64,000 nt of DNA from the NCBI GenBank assembly GCA_002633005.1, contig NMRA01000023.1:546621-610620 (forward strand), read 5' to 3'. The notes beneath the pieces are model-generated. The model worked only from the letters and a program-made list of their open reading frames with translations, ran no database searches and was not told the origin of the DNA. Positions 62,975 through 64,000 of this stretch are shown piece after piece. The number at the start of each line of letters is the position of its first letter. Positions within the stretch are counted from its first letter, which is position 1. Source of the DNA: Phoronis australis (lineage: Eukaryota > Animalia > Phoronida). A program made the translations under genes and the position numbers.

Positions 62975-63100
62975 TTCCCAAGCATACCAGCTATTCAGTA
63001 AACCATTTTCTCAGATGTAACTCCTGTCGCCATCTTTGATTAACAGAAATGATAAACCTGCGCATCTGTTTGCGCATGTACTGAGTCATTTGTCTCAGTA
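62975..63100 (-). promoter_or_regulatory. Putative proximal promoter / 5' leader of the SBF2-like gene
   Basis: YY1-type AAGATGGCG at 63036-63028, two TGCGCA (NRF1 half-site-like) at 63059-63064 and 63071-63076, and AP-1 TGAGTCA at 63082-63088, directly upstream of the ATG. TSS unknown. Confidence 0.45.
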
Positions 63101-64000
63101 AGCAGCATCCTCTATTGATCGGAAAACAAACTAAATTTATATAATCATTTCTGTCGAGTTGGCGGTTTCCTTCCAGAGAGGGGCTAAAACACAATTTTTT
63201 TGTCAGACAACTGTGAAGTGAATTACATATTACTTATTTGATACTGAAAAAACATACAGCCCCAGAATTTATAGAAAGTGGATGACGACCTGTGATTATT
63301 CGCGTACGATATGTGCGTATTTCAGCCCATCTCCTGGACTCTAGCTGAAGCATGACGTACGGCTATCTGCTCCGGCAGGCAATTTCAGACTCAAAATTCA
63401 CTGGGATATAGAAGAAACTAATTCACTGTAGCCAACACAGTGATGTACATTACTTTGTTAGGGATGGTGTCTGAACAGGGACTATTTTCAAAGACAGTTA
63501 TGAGTCAACAACAGAGCAGGGTCAAAGGGTAAGTCACCTTCAAGCGGGAACAAGGCTAGGCACAGCTCTCACAACTGATGGCTCGGAAAGGTTCTTAGGG
63601 TTAGTTAGGCAATTGTGACTTCAAAACACATGCATTTTCTATGTGGCACAATCCTGCGCCTCATTCCAGAAAGCAAAGAAATCACTGAAACTCATGAACG
63701 AAAATGATTTTTATGAACCAAGTTTTATTGATCCATCAATAACAAGATCATACATGACTATTCCCACAAAAACAACAAAATGCTCAAAACATCTGCCTCT
63801 GTCAGTGTCCGTGAAAAAAACATGTACAAATCTGTGTCAATGCGAAACTAAAACATTCATATATGTAAGTACCTTTCAGTTATAAAGATATACATGTCAC
63901 TGCCTATATAAAAATATACTATGAACGCCTGTCATATGTCACATGGCAATACAAAAATTGAACTTGAATAATTTATTAAATACATGTCACTGTTAATAAA

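Overview
Eukaryotic (bilaterian invertebrate, plausibly lophotrochozoan; taxon is inference) genomic DNA, not prokaryotic. One large minus-strand gene fills the window: an SBF1/SBF2 (MTMR5/MTMR13) orthologue with uDENN-DENN-dDENN, SBF2 domain, GRAM and the start of the myotubularin-like domain. I traced 29 phase-consistent GT-AG coding exons by hand from the ATG at 62974 to 214 (4045 nt, about 1348 codons); the gene continues past the left edge. There is also a candidate 72-nt cassette exon at 8678-8749. Intron 1 is 27.6 kb (35272-62919) and repeat-rich. The most striking non-coding structure is a family of Helentron-associated (HINE/DINE-1-like) elements with four copies in intron 1. Their cargo is a roughly 148-bp tandem unit arranged as a roughly 448-bp trimer, and each unit carries a co-oriented CTCF-consensus-like motif. 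A paralogous empty site in the window shows insertion at an A|A (TT) site without a target duplication. Other features: local duplications anchored on splice sites at about 7 exon boundaries, uORFs at the start codon, two MITEs with 5-6 bp TSDs, RTE and CR1/L2-type LINE 3' fragments, a tRNA-derived SINE, several minisatellites and two assembly gaps. Nearly all ORFs in the six-frame track are spurious or only partly overlap real exons.
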